Assembly: GCA_964016885.1 (NCBI GenBank) | Contig: OZ024744.1 | Coordinates: forward strand, 69,564,001 to 69,628,000 | DNA: 64,000 nt | Reading direction: 5' to 3' | Source: Eledone cirrhosa | Lineage: Eukaryota | Part shown: one piece after another, positions 50,437 to 64,000 of the stretch | Layout of the letters: every line of letters begins with the position of its first letter | Numbering within the stretch: position 1 is the first letter of the stretch | The notes under the pieces: generated by a model | What the model was told of the DNA's origin: nothing | The model's database searches: none | The model's input: only the letters and a program-made list of their open reading frames with translations | Translations under genes and position numbers: made by a program

Positions 50437-51571
50437 TGTGTTTGTGTGTGTGTAAGAGAGAGAGAGAGAGAGAGAGACAATGAGAGAAAGAAAAAGATTA
50501 CATTATCTGATGGGGACAATATGTCTGCTATATCTAGACGAATCTTGTATTCTTCTTTGGCTGTGTTGCTTGTCGTTGGTTTTACAGATGTTGTTTACTG
50601 TTCTTGATCTGATGTTACAAAATTGTGTATGTTTCTAAGAGTGATAGCGGAGTACTGCTCATCAGAGGAGTTTTTCTTCTTTGAATTTAGGGATGAGGCT
50701 AGTTGGGGTATAAGTAATTATCTTTCGTGGGTGCAGACTGTTTCTGGCAAGGAAAAAGCTAATGGTTGTTAATGTTGATGGTGGTGATGGTGATGATTAT
50801 GATGATTGTATTTAGTAATGGAGGTATTAGTGTTAGTGGTGGTTGTGCTGGCAGTGATGATAATTGTATGTTTCGTTTTGTTATTTTTGCGTTTTTGATT
50901 TTGTTTTTGTTTTTTAAGGCTGTGAAATATATTGCAGCTATGGTTAGTTTCTGTAATATATACACGACATAAGGCGATATTGGTTGTGGGGGTAACATTA
51001 CGGTGGTGGTGGTAGTGTTGCTGCTAGTGCAACTGATAGTAATAAGGTTACTAATAAAATGTTTGATGCTGTTGGTGCTACTAATATGTAGAAGTGGAGA
51101 AAATACATAATAAAAGTCCTCTAAGAAAAATTGTTCAATAATAAATGAGGAAAAAGATGGCTTAAGAAATGCCACCAATATATGTTGTTGTTTTTTTTGT
51201 TTTTTATACATACCGTAGTTGAAATCGATCTAAAACAAAAATGATTTTGCAATAGCATTATAGCTACATTCGACATTTTTTTTTTCTCTGATAATATTTA
51301 CAATAAAATCAACTGCCATATTGATCTGACGTTACAGAGGCATCTTGATATTTAGAAACAAAATAATGAGAATGTATTTTGAAAGTTCGGGTTTATACGT
51401 GATTAAGTTGATGGTTGCATTCACACACACACACACGTATGGACACACATACGCGTCCACACACACAGACGTGCGCTCACACACACACGCACATACACGC
51501 ACATGCGCGCACACACACACACATTTATATATATATATAAAAGTATATCCACAACAGTTAGTACGCCATTT

Positions 51572-51612
51572 CCGAGAACAATTTGTTTCACCTCAACGGA
51601 TCATCAGCTCGG
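51572..51612 (-). ncRNA. Minimal type I hammerhead motif
   Basis: Minus strand CCGAG CTGATGA tCCgttgaGGt GAA ACAAATTGT T CTCGG, with a perfect 5-bp stem I and weak stem II. Confidence 0.65.
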
Positions 51613-52879
51613 TTTAAATGAGTTAAATCGGAAAAGGAAGACCATGTTACAAATAAACATGCGCAGAAGATATTCTCAAAGGGGATCCAACCCACGTTAG
51701 ATCGATGGGAGGAGGTGACTGGGGAAGATCAGAATACAATAGATTATTCAGGATACCAAGTCTAGGGCTGTTATATCTGGAAACTAGTCGGGGGCTTTAA
51801 AATTACGTAATGTGTTTCGCCACGTGGTGAGAGCGTGTGTAGAATTCTACACAGGTTGTCCCCACGTGATGAAACACCAAATTGTTCTCGGAAATAGTGT
51901 AGCGTTGTTGAACTACTTCTACCAAACTCGTCCCATGGTTTGAGTGCTCTACTACTGCAGATATAACCCACCAGTGTTCTGCCACTATACATATATATAT
52001 ATATATAGATCTAGCTGTCGAAACGGCCGGAGCTCAGCCGTCGGGGTCCTGACTCCTTTCATATATATATATCCTGTAAAAGAATGTTCATTTATATATA
52101 TATATACATGTGTGTGTGTGTGTGTATTTATTACACGCAAGCATATATATACATGCGAAACAGATTTAAGTTTGTCTGGGTATCGAAGGTTTTTACCCAA
52201 TATAGGTTTGTTATTTTTATTGATTTATTACTTTAAATCGAGTCAGAAAAACCATATTGTATTAAGTTAGTATTTTTTTCAACCTAGTTAACTTGGTCTT
52301 TTGCAATTGGAACACATGTATACTTGTTTCAGTGTTCATCTCTCTCATATATTCAATTATATTATGTTACTCGGCTCGGAAAAATTTCTTTCTTTGAGCT
52401 ATTTATTTGTAAAAGACTATTTTGAGTTCCTAATTCAATGTACGATATTCTCGGCTCCAATATGTAGAGCTAACTTTAGTCTCATAAACCCGGCTGCTAT
52501 TTTTAGCGGCATGAAGTATGTGAGACGGAATTATGCTGTCACGGAAACACGGAGAAAAACTAAATCTGGCCTTTCGGAAAGTTGTCTTTCGTCAAGTTGG
52601 AGAAAGGAGAAAGATAAAAAAGACAAATGTTACCTCACACACACACGCACTAGTACATACACTTGCCTTTTCTTCCTCCCAACCCCACCACCATCACCAC
52701 ATTGTGTACCTATTTATTCAATAGATACTACAAACACAGTATTTTGCTTTACTTGCTTCACCAACTATTACTAATTCACATTCAAACCACAGTTTCTAAC
52801 ACACTCAATTCCTCCTTCCAGCACCTATTAAATCCCACATATTTGATCTACTATTCCCTCTCTCTCTCTCTCGCGCGGG

Positions 52880-52925
52880 CTCACACACACACACTCACAT
52901 ACACACACACAAATACACACAAACA

Positions 52926-52964
<39 letters not shown>

Positions 52965-53454
52965 ACACACACACACACACACACAAATACACACAAACAC
53001 ACACACACAAACACAAACACAAACACAAACACACACACACACACACAAATACACACAAACACAAACACACACACACTCACAAATACACACAAACACAAAC
53101 ACACACACACAAATACACACAAACACACACACACACACTCAAAAATATACACAAACACACACACACACTCACTCACAAATACACACAAACACAAACACAC
53201 ACACACTCACAAATACACACAAACACAAACATACACAAACACAAACACAAACACACACTCAAAAATACACACAAACACAAACACACACACACACTAACAA
53301 ATACACACACACACTCACAAATACACACAAACACAAACACACACACACACTCACAAATACACACAAACACACAGGCACACTCACAAATACACACAAACAC
53401 AAACACACACACTCACAGATACACACAGAAACAAACACACACAAACATAAACAC

Positions 53455-53505
<51 letters not shown>

Positions 53506-53586
53506 TACACACAAACACAAACACACACACACACACATACGCACACTCACAAATAGACACACTCACAAATACACACAAACACAAAT

Positions 53587-53617
<31 letters not shown>

Positions 53618-53854
53618 AATACACACAAACACAAACACACACGCACACTCACAAATACACACAAACACAAACACACACACACTCACAAATACACACACAC
53701 TCACAAATACACACACACTCACAAATACACACAAACACACACACAGACTCACAAATACACACAAACACAAACACACATATACACACAAATACACAAACAC
53801 ACACACACTCACAAATACGCACAAACACAAACACACACACACACACACTCACAA

Positions 53855-53933
<79 letters not shown>

Positions 53934-53942
53934 CTCTCTCTC

Positions 53943-53979
<37 letters not shown>

Positions 53980-53980
53980 T
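52880..53980. repeat. Long degenerate (CA)n-based satellite with recurrent CTCACAAATACACACAAACACAAA motif, then (CT)n
   Basis: Directly visible. Confidence 0.95.
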
Positions 53981-54275
53981 TCAAACGTACATTCTTCTCC
54001 TTTCTTACACCTTGACAAAAAGCTACCATCCGAAACGTCTATATCCCTTCGTTTTATTTCTTTCATGTCACAGTTAGATTAATTTGTATGTGTGTTCGTT
54101 GATTATGTTGTGTTTTACTGATATTGAATGAAACACTTCCCGGTCACGCCTTTACATGCATGCGTACAAATACGTACAAACATACATACATACATACATA
54201 CATACATACATACATACATACATACATACATACATACATACATACATACTCACACATTTACAGGCGTATACATAA

Positions 54276-54378
<103 letters not shown>

Positions 54379-54561
54379 CATATATATATACATATATATA
54401 TAATACATATATATATATAATATATAATATATATTATGTATATAATACATATACGATATATAATAAAGGTAATATATAATATATATAATATATATAATAT
54501 ATAGTATATATAATGTATATACATATATATATATATACATATAAATATAATAAACACAATA

Positions 54562-54601
<40 letters not shown>

Positions 54602-55000
54602 AGTGCTTCACAGAACACATGAAATCTCAAAGTCCAGATAGTAATTTTCACTGACGAGGATCCTCTGAAATTAAATATATTTTAAATTGTATAAAGCTAA
54701 AGAAAAAAAAGTGTATTCTATTCTGAGACCAGAGTTTTTACAATTTATGGTAAGCTGAAAGTTCACAAATTGTTATTCTGAGTTCTTCATGACGATGGTC
54801 AGATGATATTTTTTAAAAAAGGAAAATAAAATTAGGTATTTAATTAATGTTTAAGGAAACGTTGGAATCACGTAGTGAACACTGGTTAGTTAATGTGGAA
54901 TAACGATTTCTTATTGGATGGCAACACGATACTTATTAGAAAAATAAGAGAGTGAAACACTTAAAGTAGTAGAGACAAATTATACAAGCGTATTAAGTCA

Positions 55001-55265
55001 TAGGAGACACGTGGCCTAGTGGTAAGTGTGTTAGACTTACGATCATAATGTCGTGGGTTCGATTCCTGGGTTGCGTGTTGTGTTCTTGAGCAAAACCCTT
55101 CATTTCACGTTGGCCCAGTATACTCAGCTGAAAATAACTACCAGCAATAGCTGGGGATTTAACCCTGTGATGGACTGGCGTCCTGTCCGAGGAGGAGTCT
55201 TGTACTCTCAGTTGCTTCATGTCATGAAACCGAGATAAGCACCGGCCAAATGAGTCTTCTGGCTT
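55001..55265 (+). mobile_element. tRNA-derived SINE with CORE-like and V-like segments
   Basis: GTGGCCTAGTGGTAAG..GGGTTCGATTCC, TGTTCTTGAGCAA and CCCTGTGATGGACTGGCGTCCTGTCC. Confidence 0.8.
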
Positions 55266-55532
55266 AAGATAGATTTTAAACTTTTTTAAAGATAAATTCA
55301 TATAAATATATGACAATATAAAAGTATTTATGCAAGAAGTATGAATGCGTGTGTGTAAAACAAAACCTACGAGTGCAATGGAAAGAACTTGAAATGTTTA
55401 GATGTCTATAAAATATTGAAAATCGAATGTTATAAGATTCCTATTAACATCACAAAATACAGTAGGTGTTTACATATGTGATATATAATGTTAAACAATG
55501 GAAGAATATGAAGGTGAAGTAGACATTAATAC

Positions 55533-55621
55533 ATTGTTTTACAATCGTTTCAGAGAGCAAAGTTATTGATGAGTAGACCCGAAAAGGTACATTTATTCTG
55601 CTATCTATCTTCAGAAACAAT
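55533..55621 (-). ncRNA. Type I hammerhead ribozyme motif
   Basis: Minus strand ATTGTTT CTGAAGA tagaTAGCAGA...TTTGCTctct GAA ACGATTGT A AAACAAT, with a perfect 7-bp stem I and GUA site. Confidence 0.75.
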
Positions 55622-57504
55622 TGATTAACTGAAGAAGTTTAAAATATAAGAAGTCAGAACGATAACTCCAATAAAATCAGTTTATGGAAATTTAAGACAT
55701 TATAGATGTAGTTAGAAGTGGTTCTGGTCTTTAAAGACAACCGGTGAAAGCAGCAAATGCACTTCTGTCATGTTAGACCTCCTCAATGAAGTCCATTCTA
55801 TTCAGTTAGTAAAACATACAAGTGATCATTATATAGAGAAATGATACTAAATATGATCAGCAGCAATATGGCTGAAGGAAAATACCCCAGATTAGTGTTC
55901 TGCATACTAAATGTGCCGTATGTGTGTTTAATGTACATAATATTCCTCTATGTTATTTTCTTTCTGTCTATCGTATGGAATACATATAGTTACCTGAATC
56001 AGCCATTAAGAGGTACATAATTATAAAGTAAATTGTCTAAAAATCTGATCTTTCTTTGAAACCATTAATCACTTGCAATATTATATTTTCTCGCTTAAAT
56101 AAAGTTCGTAAGTAAATTTGAATGGAAATTCCCATTACTTGTTTGTTTACAAAATTATGTGTGTTAGGAAACGGTTTCTTTAATGAATATGCTGATAAAG
56201 AGAGGCGAAAATCTCGATTAAATCGGTCTGTTGTATTTGACGAGTATTTTATTTTATCGACTGACATCAGCAGGATTTGAACTCAGAATGTAAAGCATTG
56301 TAACTAAATGCTACGAGAGATATTGTTTGAGGCATTGACGTTTCTGCCAAAGCACTAATGAATGTGGTCTATGAATGTTATGAATATATATGTTTATTTA
56401 AATGAAACGTTTTAGGGATTAAATCGCGTAATATAATGAATTGGGCATTCTAATTTTTATTTATATAAAATAATGTTTTATTAGGTTTTTAGTAATTTAA
56501 ACGTAAGAAAATATTCAGAAAAATTAACTATGCTAATGATATTGTTAACCCTTATACTTAAACCTACTTCACAAAATTATTTTAAGGAGTCTTTTTAAAA
56601 TCTATCTATTTTATGACTATTCATATTTCATAAAACTAAAAGACCATCGTCACTGTATAACATTTTTCACAATTAAGAAATATTTTATACAAAATTTACA
56701 AATCATAAATTCCAATAATTTTGCTTAATTTCCCGTCGTACGATCTCGTGGAAACACCAAGCAATTTGTCTCTGCGGTATTATGGTATTATTTTTTAAAC
56801 ATGTAATGTGTTATCGAACAAAAACAGAAATGTTTTCTTGTATGCATATTTGTCTTAAAACTAGATTTACCACATCAGATTTATATAGAAAGCATAGAGT
56901 CGTTAGAGCGTCTGACAAATGATTCACAGTATTTCTTCTGGCGTTTTACGTCTGAATTCAAGTCTGAATTAAATTAAACTTTTCCTTCTGCCTTTTCCAG
57001 GTCAATAAAATATTATATCAATAAATACTGGGGTCGATATCATCGATTTTCTCCTTCCTTACCACATTTACTTCCAATGTTAGAAATTATTATATACTGT
57101 TGACTAAAGTTGATGATTTGAGAAAAGTAGAGCAATAATAGATTGTAATATACATAAAATATACATTGACAATTAGTGATGTCTAAAAGTGATTCAACGT
57201 TAAGAGTTAAGATTGTAAGTTTAGTGATGATTATATTAATACAGTATCATTCCGAGATCCATACTTTCCGCTATAACATCACATTAACAACCATCATTAG
57301 CCAGCATTTCATTTAGAAGATACAATGAAGATCTATAAACATTGACAAATTTAGTATTGCTGCAATATAAAAATTCTATATGTGAAAACCGGAAATGAGA
57401 AACTCAGAGTACCGTATCGGGGAAGCCTCAGCTTTGAATAAATGTATCAACTCTACTATTTATAGAGAACTTCTGATCTATAAACCCAAATGTATATACA
57501 CACA

Positions 57505-57546
<42 letters not shown>

Positions 57547-57587
57547 TGTGTGTATGGTCCATCTGGTTCCTTACCACAACTCCTTCG

Positions 57588-57644
<57 letters not shown>

Positions 57645-57737
57645 AAGGTTAAATAAGGTTCGATGAATAAATCAAAGAATTAGTTTTACAATAGATTGGA
57701 AGCACCCAACAAAAGGTTTCCGGAGTTGTTAATATTG

Positions 57738-57937
57738 ATTCAAAATAGTAACAAAAATGGAACTTCGTTGTGATCAAGTATATTTTATTATACATATTTC
57801 AGAGGTACTGAGCTAACTTCAACAGTACGTCCTCATCAGATGAGGACATACTGTTGAAGTTAGCTCAGTACCTCTGAAATATGTATAATAAAATATACTT
57901 GATCACAATGAAGTTCTATTTTTGTTAATATTTTGAA

Positions 57938-57938
<1 letters not shown>
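57738..57938. repeat. Palindrome with 100-bp arms whose axis lies in a hammerhead core
   Basis: The centre is CCTCATC-A-GATGAGG (axis 57838). The arms carry GAAATATGTATAATAAAATA, related to the HHR at 14154-14224. Confidence 0.92.
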
Positions 57939-57972
<34 letters not shown>

Positions 57973-58049
57973 CGAAGGAAATGTGGTAAGGAACCAGGTG
58001 GACCATAACGCACCAAAGTACTCAATACTTAGTGTAGTAGAGTGGGTAA

Positions 58050-58150
58050 TAGGAAAAAGTATGACCCCGACGGCAGAGCTGCAGCCGTTTCGTCCAGAAA
58101 TAGCCGTCGAAACGGCTTGAGCTCTGCCGCAGGGGTGATACTTTTTCCTA
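58050..58150. repeat. Fold-back of hammerhead 3'-half family (also at 52008-52060)
   Basis: TAGGAAAAAGTATGACCCCGACGGCAGAGC..AGCCGTTTCG pairs with CGAAACGGCT..GCTCTGCCG..GGGGTGATACTTTTTCCTA. Confidence 0.85.
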
Positions 58151-58196
58151 TATATATATATATTTATATATACGTATATATCTATATGTGTATATA

Positions 58197-58305
<109 letters not shown>

Positions 58306-58474
58306 ATACATACATATACATGTATGTATATATGTATATTTATATGTATAAATATAAATATATATATATGTATTTATATGTATATATGTATACATATATA
58401 TGTATATATATATATAAATATATATATAAATGCTTTCATACACACCAACACACAAATACACACATGATATGATA

Positions 58475-58539
<65 letters not shown>

Positions 58540-58554
58540 TATATTCACATACAT

Positions 58555-58618
<64 letters not shown>

Positions 58619-58721
58619 CACATACATACATATATATTTGTTAGTTCTGTGTTGAAGATTTTGGAATATTTTGTTGGCAGTTATAGTGTTGTCTGCTACA
58701 AGGGACACAATAAGGTTATTA

Positions 58722-58866
58722 TCAGTTTCCAGGGGACGTAACTATGTTGCTTAAATCTAAATACGTTCTGTCTTTTTCTAGTAAATTCTCAATAAGAAGC
58801 CTGAGTCGATGGAACGTTGGTCTATCTTTTGGTTTTTCACGCCATGTTAATCTCATAATTTCATAC
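58722..58866 (-). CDS. Receptor tyrosine kinase (RET/FGFR-like), apparent last coding exon: kinase subdomain XI and short tail
   Basis: Acceptor TCTTTTTCAG, then phase-2 join giving (L)YEIMRLTWREKPKDRPTFHRLRLLIENLLEKDRTYLDLSNIVTSPGN*. The W...RPTF and YLDL motifs are typical of RTKs. Confidence 0.92.
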
Positions 58867-58939
58867 CTGAAAAAGATAATAATCATACATTAGTTGATTT
58901 TCATAATTAAGAAATAAAAAAATAACAGAAAATTAAATA

Positions 58940-59114
58940 ATTGTTTCTACTTTAGGCACAGGTCCAACAAATACTCAGTACATTACTGGTACTTTATTTT
59001 ATCGACCCCGTAAAGATGAAAGGCAAAGTCAACCTCGGCGGGATTTGAACTCAGATCGTAAAGAGACGTAACTATGCTGGAAAGCATGGCGTCCGACCCT
59101 CTACCGATACTGCC
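58940..59114 (-). mobile_element. Major-family SINE (intronic; others at 56893-57085, 60575-60748, 61165-61350, 63168-63288, 63619-63793)
   Basis: Standard head, body and tail. Confidence 0.88.
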
Positions 59115-59274
59115 ATTAAATAATACATTTAATTATTGATACAGAATTTTTTATTTTCTTTTCTTTTCGTGGTTTTTAAATTAATATTTGTTATAACTGA
59201 ACGAATGACTGCCGTATCACTAATATCTCAACTGGGTAGTAATGAATGGCAACTGTGTTTTGTTCAATCAGTGA

Positions 59275-60141
59275 AACTGTAATATTTAGAGTTAATTCCC
59301 TTGTTCTGTGACACAGTACAGTGACTGTTGTAGTAGGATCTGAACGTATGACTATATTGTTGGTAGGTCACCATCAGAACTGGTGTATTTCGAGTTAATT
59401 CCCTTGTTCTGTGACACAGTACAGTGACTGTTGTAGTAGGAACTGAACGTATGACTATATTGTTGGTAGGTCACCATCAGAACTGTAATATTTAGAGTTA
59501 ATTCCCTTGTTCTGTGACACAGTACAGTGACTGTTGTAGTAGGAACTGAACGTATGACTATATTGTTGGTAGGTCACCATCAGAACTGTAATATTTAGAG
59601 TTAATTCCCTTGTTCTGTGACACAGTACAGTGACTGTTGTAGTAGGAACTGAACGTATGACTATATTGTTGGTAGGTCACCATCAGAACTGTAATATTTA
59701 GAGTTAATTCCCTTGTTCTGTGACACAGTACAGTGACTGTTGTAGTAGGAACTGAACGTATGACTATATTGTTGGTAGGTCACCATCAGAACTGTAATAT
59801 TTAGAGTTAATTCCCTTGTTCTGTGACACAGTACAGTGACTGTTGTAGTAGGATCTGAACGTATGACTATATTGTTGGTAGGTCACCATCAGAACTGTAA
59901 TGTTTAGAGTTAATTCCCTTGTTCTGTGACACAGTACAGTGACTGTTGTAGTAGGAACTGAACGTATGACTATATTGTTGGTAGGTCACCATCAGAACTG
60001 TAATATTTAGAGTTAATTCCCTTGTTCTGTGACACAGTACAGTGACTGTTGTAGTAGGAACTGAACGTATGACTATATTGTTGGTAGGTCACCATCAGAA
60101 CTGTAATATTTACAGTTAGGTATCTTATTCTGTGACACAGT
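59275..60141. repeat. 103-bp minisatellite, about 8.4 near-identical copies, in RTK intron
   Basis: GAGTTAATTCCC recurs at 59289, 59392, 59495 and onwards at 103-bp period. Confidence 0.97.
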
Positions 60142-60146
60142 ATACG

Positions 60147-60350
60147 GCAACCTGGTGCAATCCGCTGCACTTCGGGCCGAGAGCGGTAAACTCTCCAAAT
60201 ATCGGTTGCTCTTGGCCCTAGGACCACCTCCCTACTCACCAAGATCGGCATAGAGTTGGCTACCCGCAGCTGTGAGCCTCGCGAGCAGGAATAGCTTTTC
60301 CAACGCGCCTCCGTCACCATCCTCCAGGGAAACGCGTGGGCTCCCATTTG
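60147..60350 (+). mobile_element. Internally deleted 3' fragment of the CRE-like element
   Basis: GCAACCTGGTGCA.TC.GC and GTGAGCCTCGCGAGC.GGAATAGCTTTT match 19605-19860. Confidence 0.85.
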
Positions 60351-60956
60351 CATATAATAGTGAGAGATGGAGAGAGCGAGAGAGACAGATGCAGTGAGTG
60401 AAAGAGAGAGAATATCAACGCACACATCATTTTTCAGTTCAAGTATTTGGAATGAGTGTGTTTGATATGATATCTCCACCTGTTTTTATAATGACTGTTG
60501 CAGTAAGAACTGAATTCATGACCTTCACTAGAATTCAGGTCTTTTATATTTGTAAAAATATGTTGTTGTTATATGCCTTGCAGCATATAATTACGTCCCT
60601 TTACATTCTGAGTTCAAATCCCACCGAGGTTAACTTTGCCTTTCATCATTACAAGGTCGATAAAATACAGTACCTGTAACATACTAGGGTCGATTTAATC
60701 GACTTTCCCTTCTCCTAAGATTGTTGGCCTTGTGCATACATCAGAAACTACTATTATTGTTATTGGTTGTGATGGTGGTGGTTATTGTTGTTGTTGTTGT
60801 GGTGGTGGTGGTGGTGGTGGGAGGGGGGGGGTCTGCTTCTGATGCTTCTGATGTTGCAGTTACTGATGCTGGTGGTGCTGGTGCAGGTAGTGATGGTGTT
60901 CGGCGTCGTAGGGGTGATGGTGGCGTTTGTGATGTGATAGTGGTAATTGTGGTGTG

Positions 60957-60988
<32 letters not shown>

Positions 60989-61469
60989 GGTGGGTGGTGT
61001 TGGTGAGTGGTGGGTGGTGTTGGTGGTGGGGCGGTGATGGTGCTGCTGGTGTTGCTGGTGCTGCTGGTGGTGGTGGTGATGGTGCTACTGGTGATGGTGG
61101 TGTTGGTAGTGGTGTATTGTGGAGTAAGTGTCAGTGGTTGTAGTCTTTTGTAAAGAATTATAGAGTTTCTACTTTTGGCACAAGGCTAGCGATTAACCCC
61201 AGTAGCACCACTGGTACTTTATTTTATCGACCTTGTAAGGATGAAAGGCAAAGTTAAACTCGGTGGATTTGAACTCAGAACGCAAAGGGCCATAACTATG
61301 CTGCAAAACATGGTGTCTGACGCTCTACCGATACTGCTAAACCACTGCCCAAGTCTTTCTACAGAATTATAGGTATACTCCAACGGCGTTCTTTAAATGA
61401 GTTAATTACAACATAACTACCAAAGGCCATACACAAGTTATGCAACACCTATCAAATTAATTTACTTAC

Positions 61470-61566
61470 AATTCATTAGAGCAATGTTCTGGCTTCTCCA
61501 TCCGGTAACCTGATGCCAACACTTCGTAAAGCTCTGCCAAAGCTATAGAAGGATATGGAGATGCTC
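61470..61566 (-). CDS. Receptor tyrosine kinase (RET/FGFR-like) internal exon, kinase subdomain IX-X region
   Basis: Acceptor ATTTCAG and donor GTAAGT. The 97-nt exon encodes (G)ASPYPSIALAELYEVLASGYRMEKPEHCSNE(L) and splices in frame to 58866. Confidence 0.95.
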
Positions 61567-61690
61567 CTGAAATATTAATAATTAAATATATGATATACAA
61601 TTACCAAACAACACAGATATAATATAAATGAGGACAGGGAAGTTACACATACATGCACACATACATACATACATACATACATATAAATGT

Positions 61691-61729
<39 letters not shown>

Positions 61730-61903
61730 GTGTGTGGGGTGTGGGGTGTATGTGGGGGTGTGTGGGTGTGTTTGGGTGTGTGTGCGTGTGTGTGTGTGTG
61801 TCTGTGCCTGGGTGCTTGTGTGTGAGTATGTTTGGAAAACGGTGAGCGGAATTTGAAAATTAATTTGAAGACCTCGCCATAAAACAGTCTAATAACAACG
61901 AGG

Positions 61904-61967
<64 letters not shown>

Positions 61968-62734
61968 TATATGCGTCGTTATGAAATCGAGAATGCACTT
62001 GTTGAAATCCTAACCTAACCGATTTCAGAGCTTCATTATAATCATAGTTTTTACAAACTAACAAACTAAATCATGACATTGTTAACTTTACTCTGTGTAT
62101 AGCTGTATAAAGAAACATAGGGCGGAATATTACAAATGAAATAGAAGCTAATCTTTTTACAACAGCTTCTGTTGTTTGGTTTCTTTGGTTAAACATGCGA
62201 TCACTATAAAATTATTATTTACCTTATCCACCTATTGGTTATATATAGAAACAAATATGCTTGATATTATTTAATCCTACTACATGTTGTCATTATATTC
62301 AGCTGCTCTTTCTAAATAGTAGTCACAATCTATTTAGACGTTGTTTATATTCTTTAATAAACGCAAATCCTTTAATCATACGTGTTTGGTCGATAGTATT
62401 GTCAGGTTATTAGTACAATGGAAAAATTTCGTATTTCGAGGAATTATCTAATGCGCATGAATCCAAAATATTCATTAGCAAGTGCTTGTGTCTCGTATTT
62501 GTTGACAAAATATACCTTACGTTTTCCTCGAAGTTAAAATCCCATTTTTCCTACGTAATCTCCATTGCGGCGTATTAGCAGAGTCGTTCGAGCGTCGGGG
62601 TCAACATAGCCTTTCATCCATTTGACGTCGATAAAAAAAATGTACCAGTCTAGTACTGGGGTCAATTCTTCTCCATATCTCTTTCTCACTTCCATTGTCC
62701 CCCTATCTCTCACTCTCTCTCACTATCTCTCTCA

Positions 62735-62792
<58 letters not shown>

Positions 62793-63137
62793 TATGAAGA
62801 GAGAAGAAACATTTAGATATAATTAGTAATAAAATGTATCATACCTAAACTGCCCCTAAATTCCTCGACTACGTAGTTTCGTGGCATAAACAAAAACAAT
62901 ATATCAAAGATATAGAGTCCCTGCGAGGTCTGCCGACTTATCAAGAGGATACCTCATTTTACTAGTCTCAAGAACGCGTCTACACTACGTGAGAAAGAAT
63001 CCCAAAAGGCGGAGGGGGAGATAGTCACGCGATATAACGGTCGAGAAACAGAGCTAAGCCTCTTATAACCACGAGGAAAAGAAGAAGAAGAAGAAGAAGA
63101 AGAAGAAGAAGAAGAAGAAGAAGAAGAAGAAGAAATC

Positions 63138-63168
<31 letters not shown>

Positions 63169-64000
63169 AGTTACGGCCCTTTATGTTCTGAGGTTAACTT
63201 TGCCTTTCATCCTTACGGGGTCAATAAAATAAAGTACCAGTAATACACTGGGATAATTACTGGCCTTGTGCCAAAAGTAGAAACAATTATTTTCTTTGAT
63301 TCTTAAAGCCGTTTCTCCGAACATTCAAAATTAGATAAATAGTGCGGCATTTTCTTGACATATTTAATCGTATATTTGTTCTTGTATGTTTGTGATGGCA
63401 ACAGATAAATAAATCTTGTTTTGAGATTGTTGGGTCGAAGTAGATGCTTCTTTTAAAAACAAATCTTGTGTATATGTACACACTACAAGCCAATCTAGAA
63501 TATTTTCCATATTTTTGTGGTCCTATTGCAATTGTGATTTGTTGATAGTCTTTCTGTTGTTGTTGTTTTTTTTTAATTCGTACACAAGTAGTCAGTTACA
63601 TAACAAAATGTCGTACTAATTGTTTCTACTTTTGGCACAAGACCAGCAATTATCCCAGTGGTACTTTATTTAATCGACCCCGTAAGGATGAAAGGCAAAG
63701 TAACCCTCACCGGGATTTGAACTCGGAACGTAAAAAGCCGGAACTCTATGCTGCAAAGCATGGCGTCCGACCCTCTACCGATACTGCCAATCTACCTGTG
63801 TCGTAATAATATCGGGTGTAAATCTGCAGATTTCTTGTTAATTCACCATAGATGTTTTCTTTTTCTTTGATCTTTATCATTAAAGTACCGTTTGTTGGAC
63901 AATCGATATCTATCTACTATTGTACACACTTTTCTCTGCTCCAGTTTACTATAGGTGCTCTCTTCTGTCTACATTTTATAAATGTTTTATTTTTATTTAT

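Noticed and set aside
50490-50750. Coding-looking minus-strand stretch and CTGATGA..GAAAC at about 50630-50665
   Set aside because: It is interrupted by stops and has no recognisable homology. The hammerhead stems I and III do not pair.
54651-54685. CTGACGA GGATCCTCT GAAA hammerhead-like core
   Set aside because: No stem I pairing can be formed.
59275-60141. CRISPR-like regular array or tandem hammerheads (CTGATGG..GAAC on minus strand)
   Set aside because: Units are identical end to end with no unique spacers, in a eukaryotic intron. The core lacks A9 and GAAA, and no stem I or III forms.
60434-60505. Plus-strand exon-like segment inside the RTK intron
   Set aside because: Weak donor, no homology, and antisense to the supported gene.
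61567-64000. Search for the preceding kinase exon (DVWSFG...WEI.TLG)
   Set aside because: Not found by eye; it probably lies beyond the window. 63290-63560 may be a decayed LINE piece but was not confidently recognisable.

Overview
Repeat-saturated, AT-rich metazoan genomic DNA. The SINE families, Tx1/RTE/R4/Penelope content and extreme microsatellite load suggest an octopod cephalopod (inference). Most ORFs in the track are microsatellite artefacts. The only host gene supported is the 3' end of a minus-strand receptor tyrosine kinase (RET/FGFR-like): two spliced exons at 61470-61566 and 58722-58866. The rest is decayed retroelements (Penelope-like GIY-YIG, CRE-like, R4/Dong-like, RTE, L1/Tx1), a decayed DNA transposase, MITEs, more than 25 tRNA-derived SINE copies and a 103-bp intronic minisatellite. 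The most striking hidden signal, found by hand-folding, is a dense and diverse set of type I hammerhead ribozyme (HHR) motifs: about ten near-complete and several partial. They sit in short non-coding elements that mostly lie beside (AT)n tracts and often form fold-back or direct repeats. They include a direct-repeat pair 436 nt apart (retrozyme/circRNA-like) and core variants with compensatory U3-A8 and G3-C8 pairs. Repeat boundaries are approximate and all RNA folds are manual.
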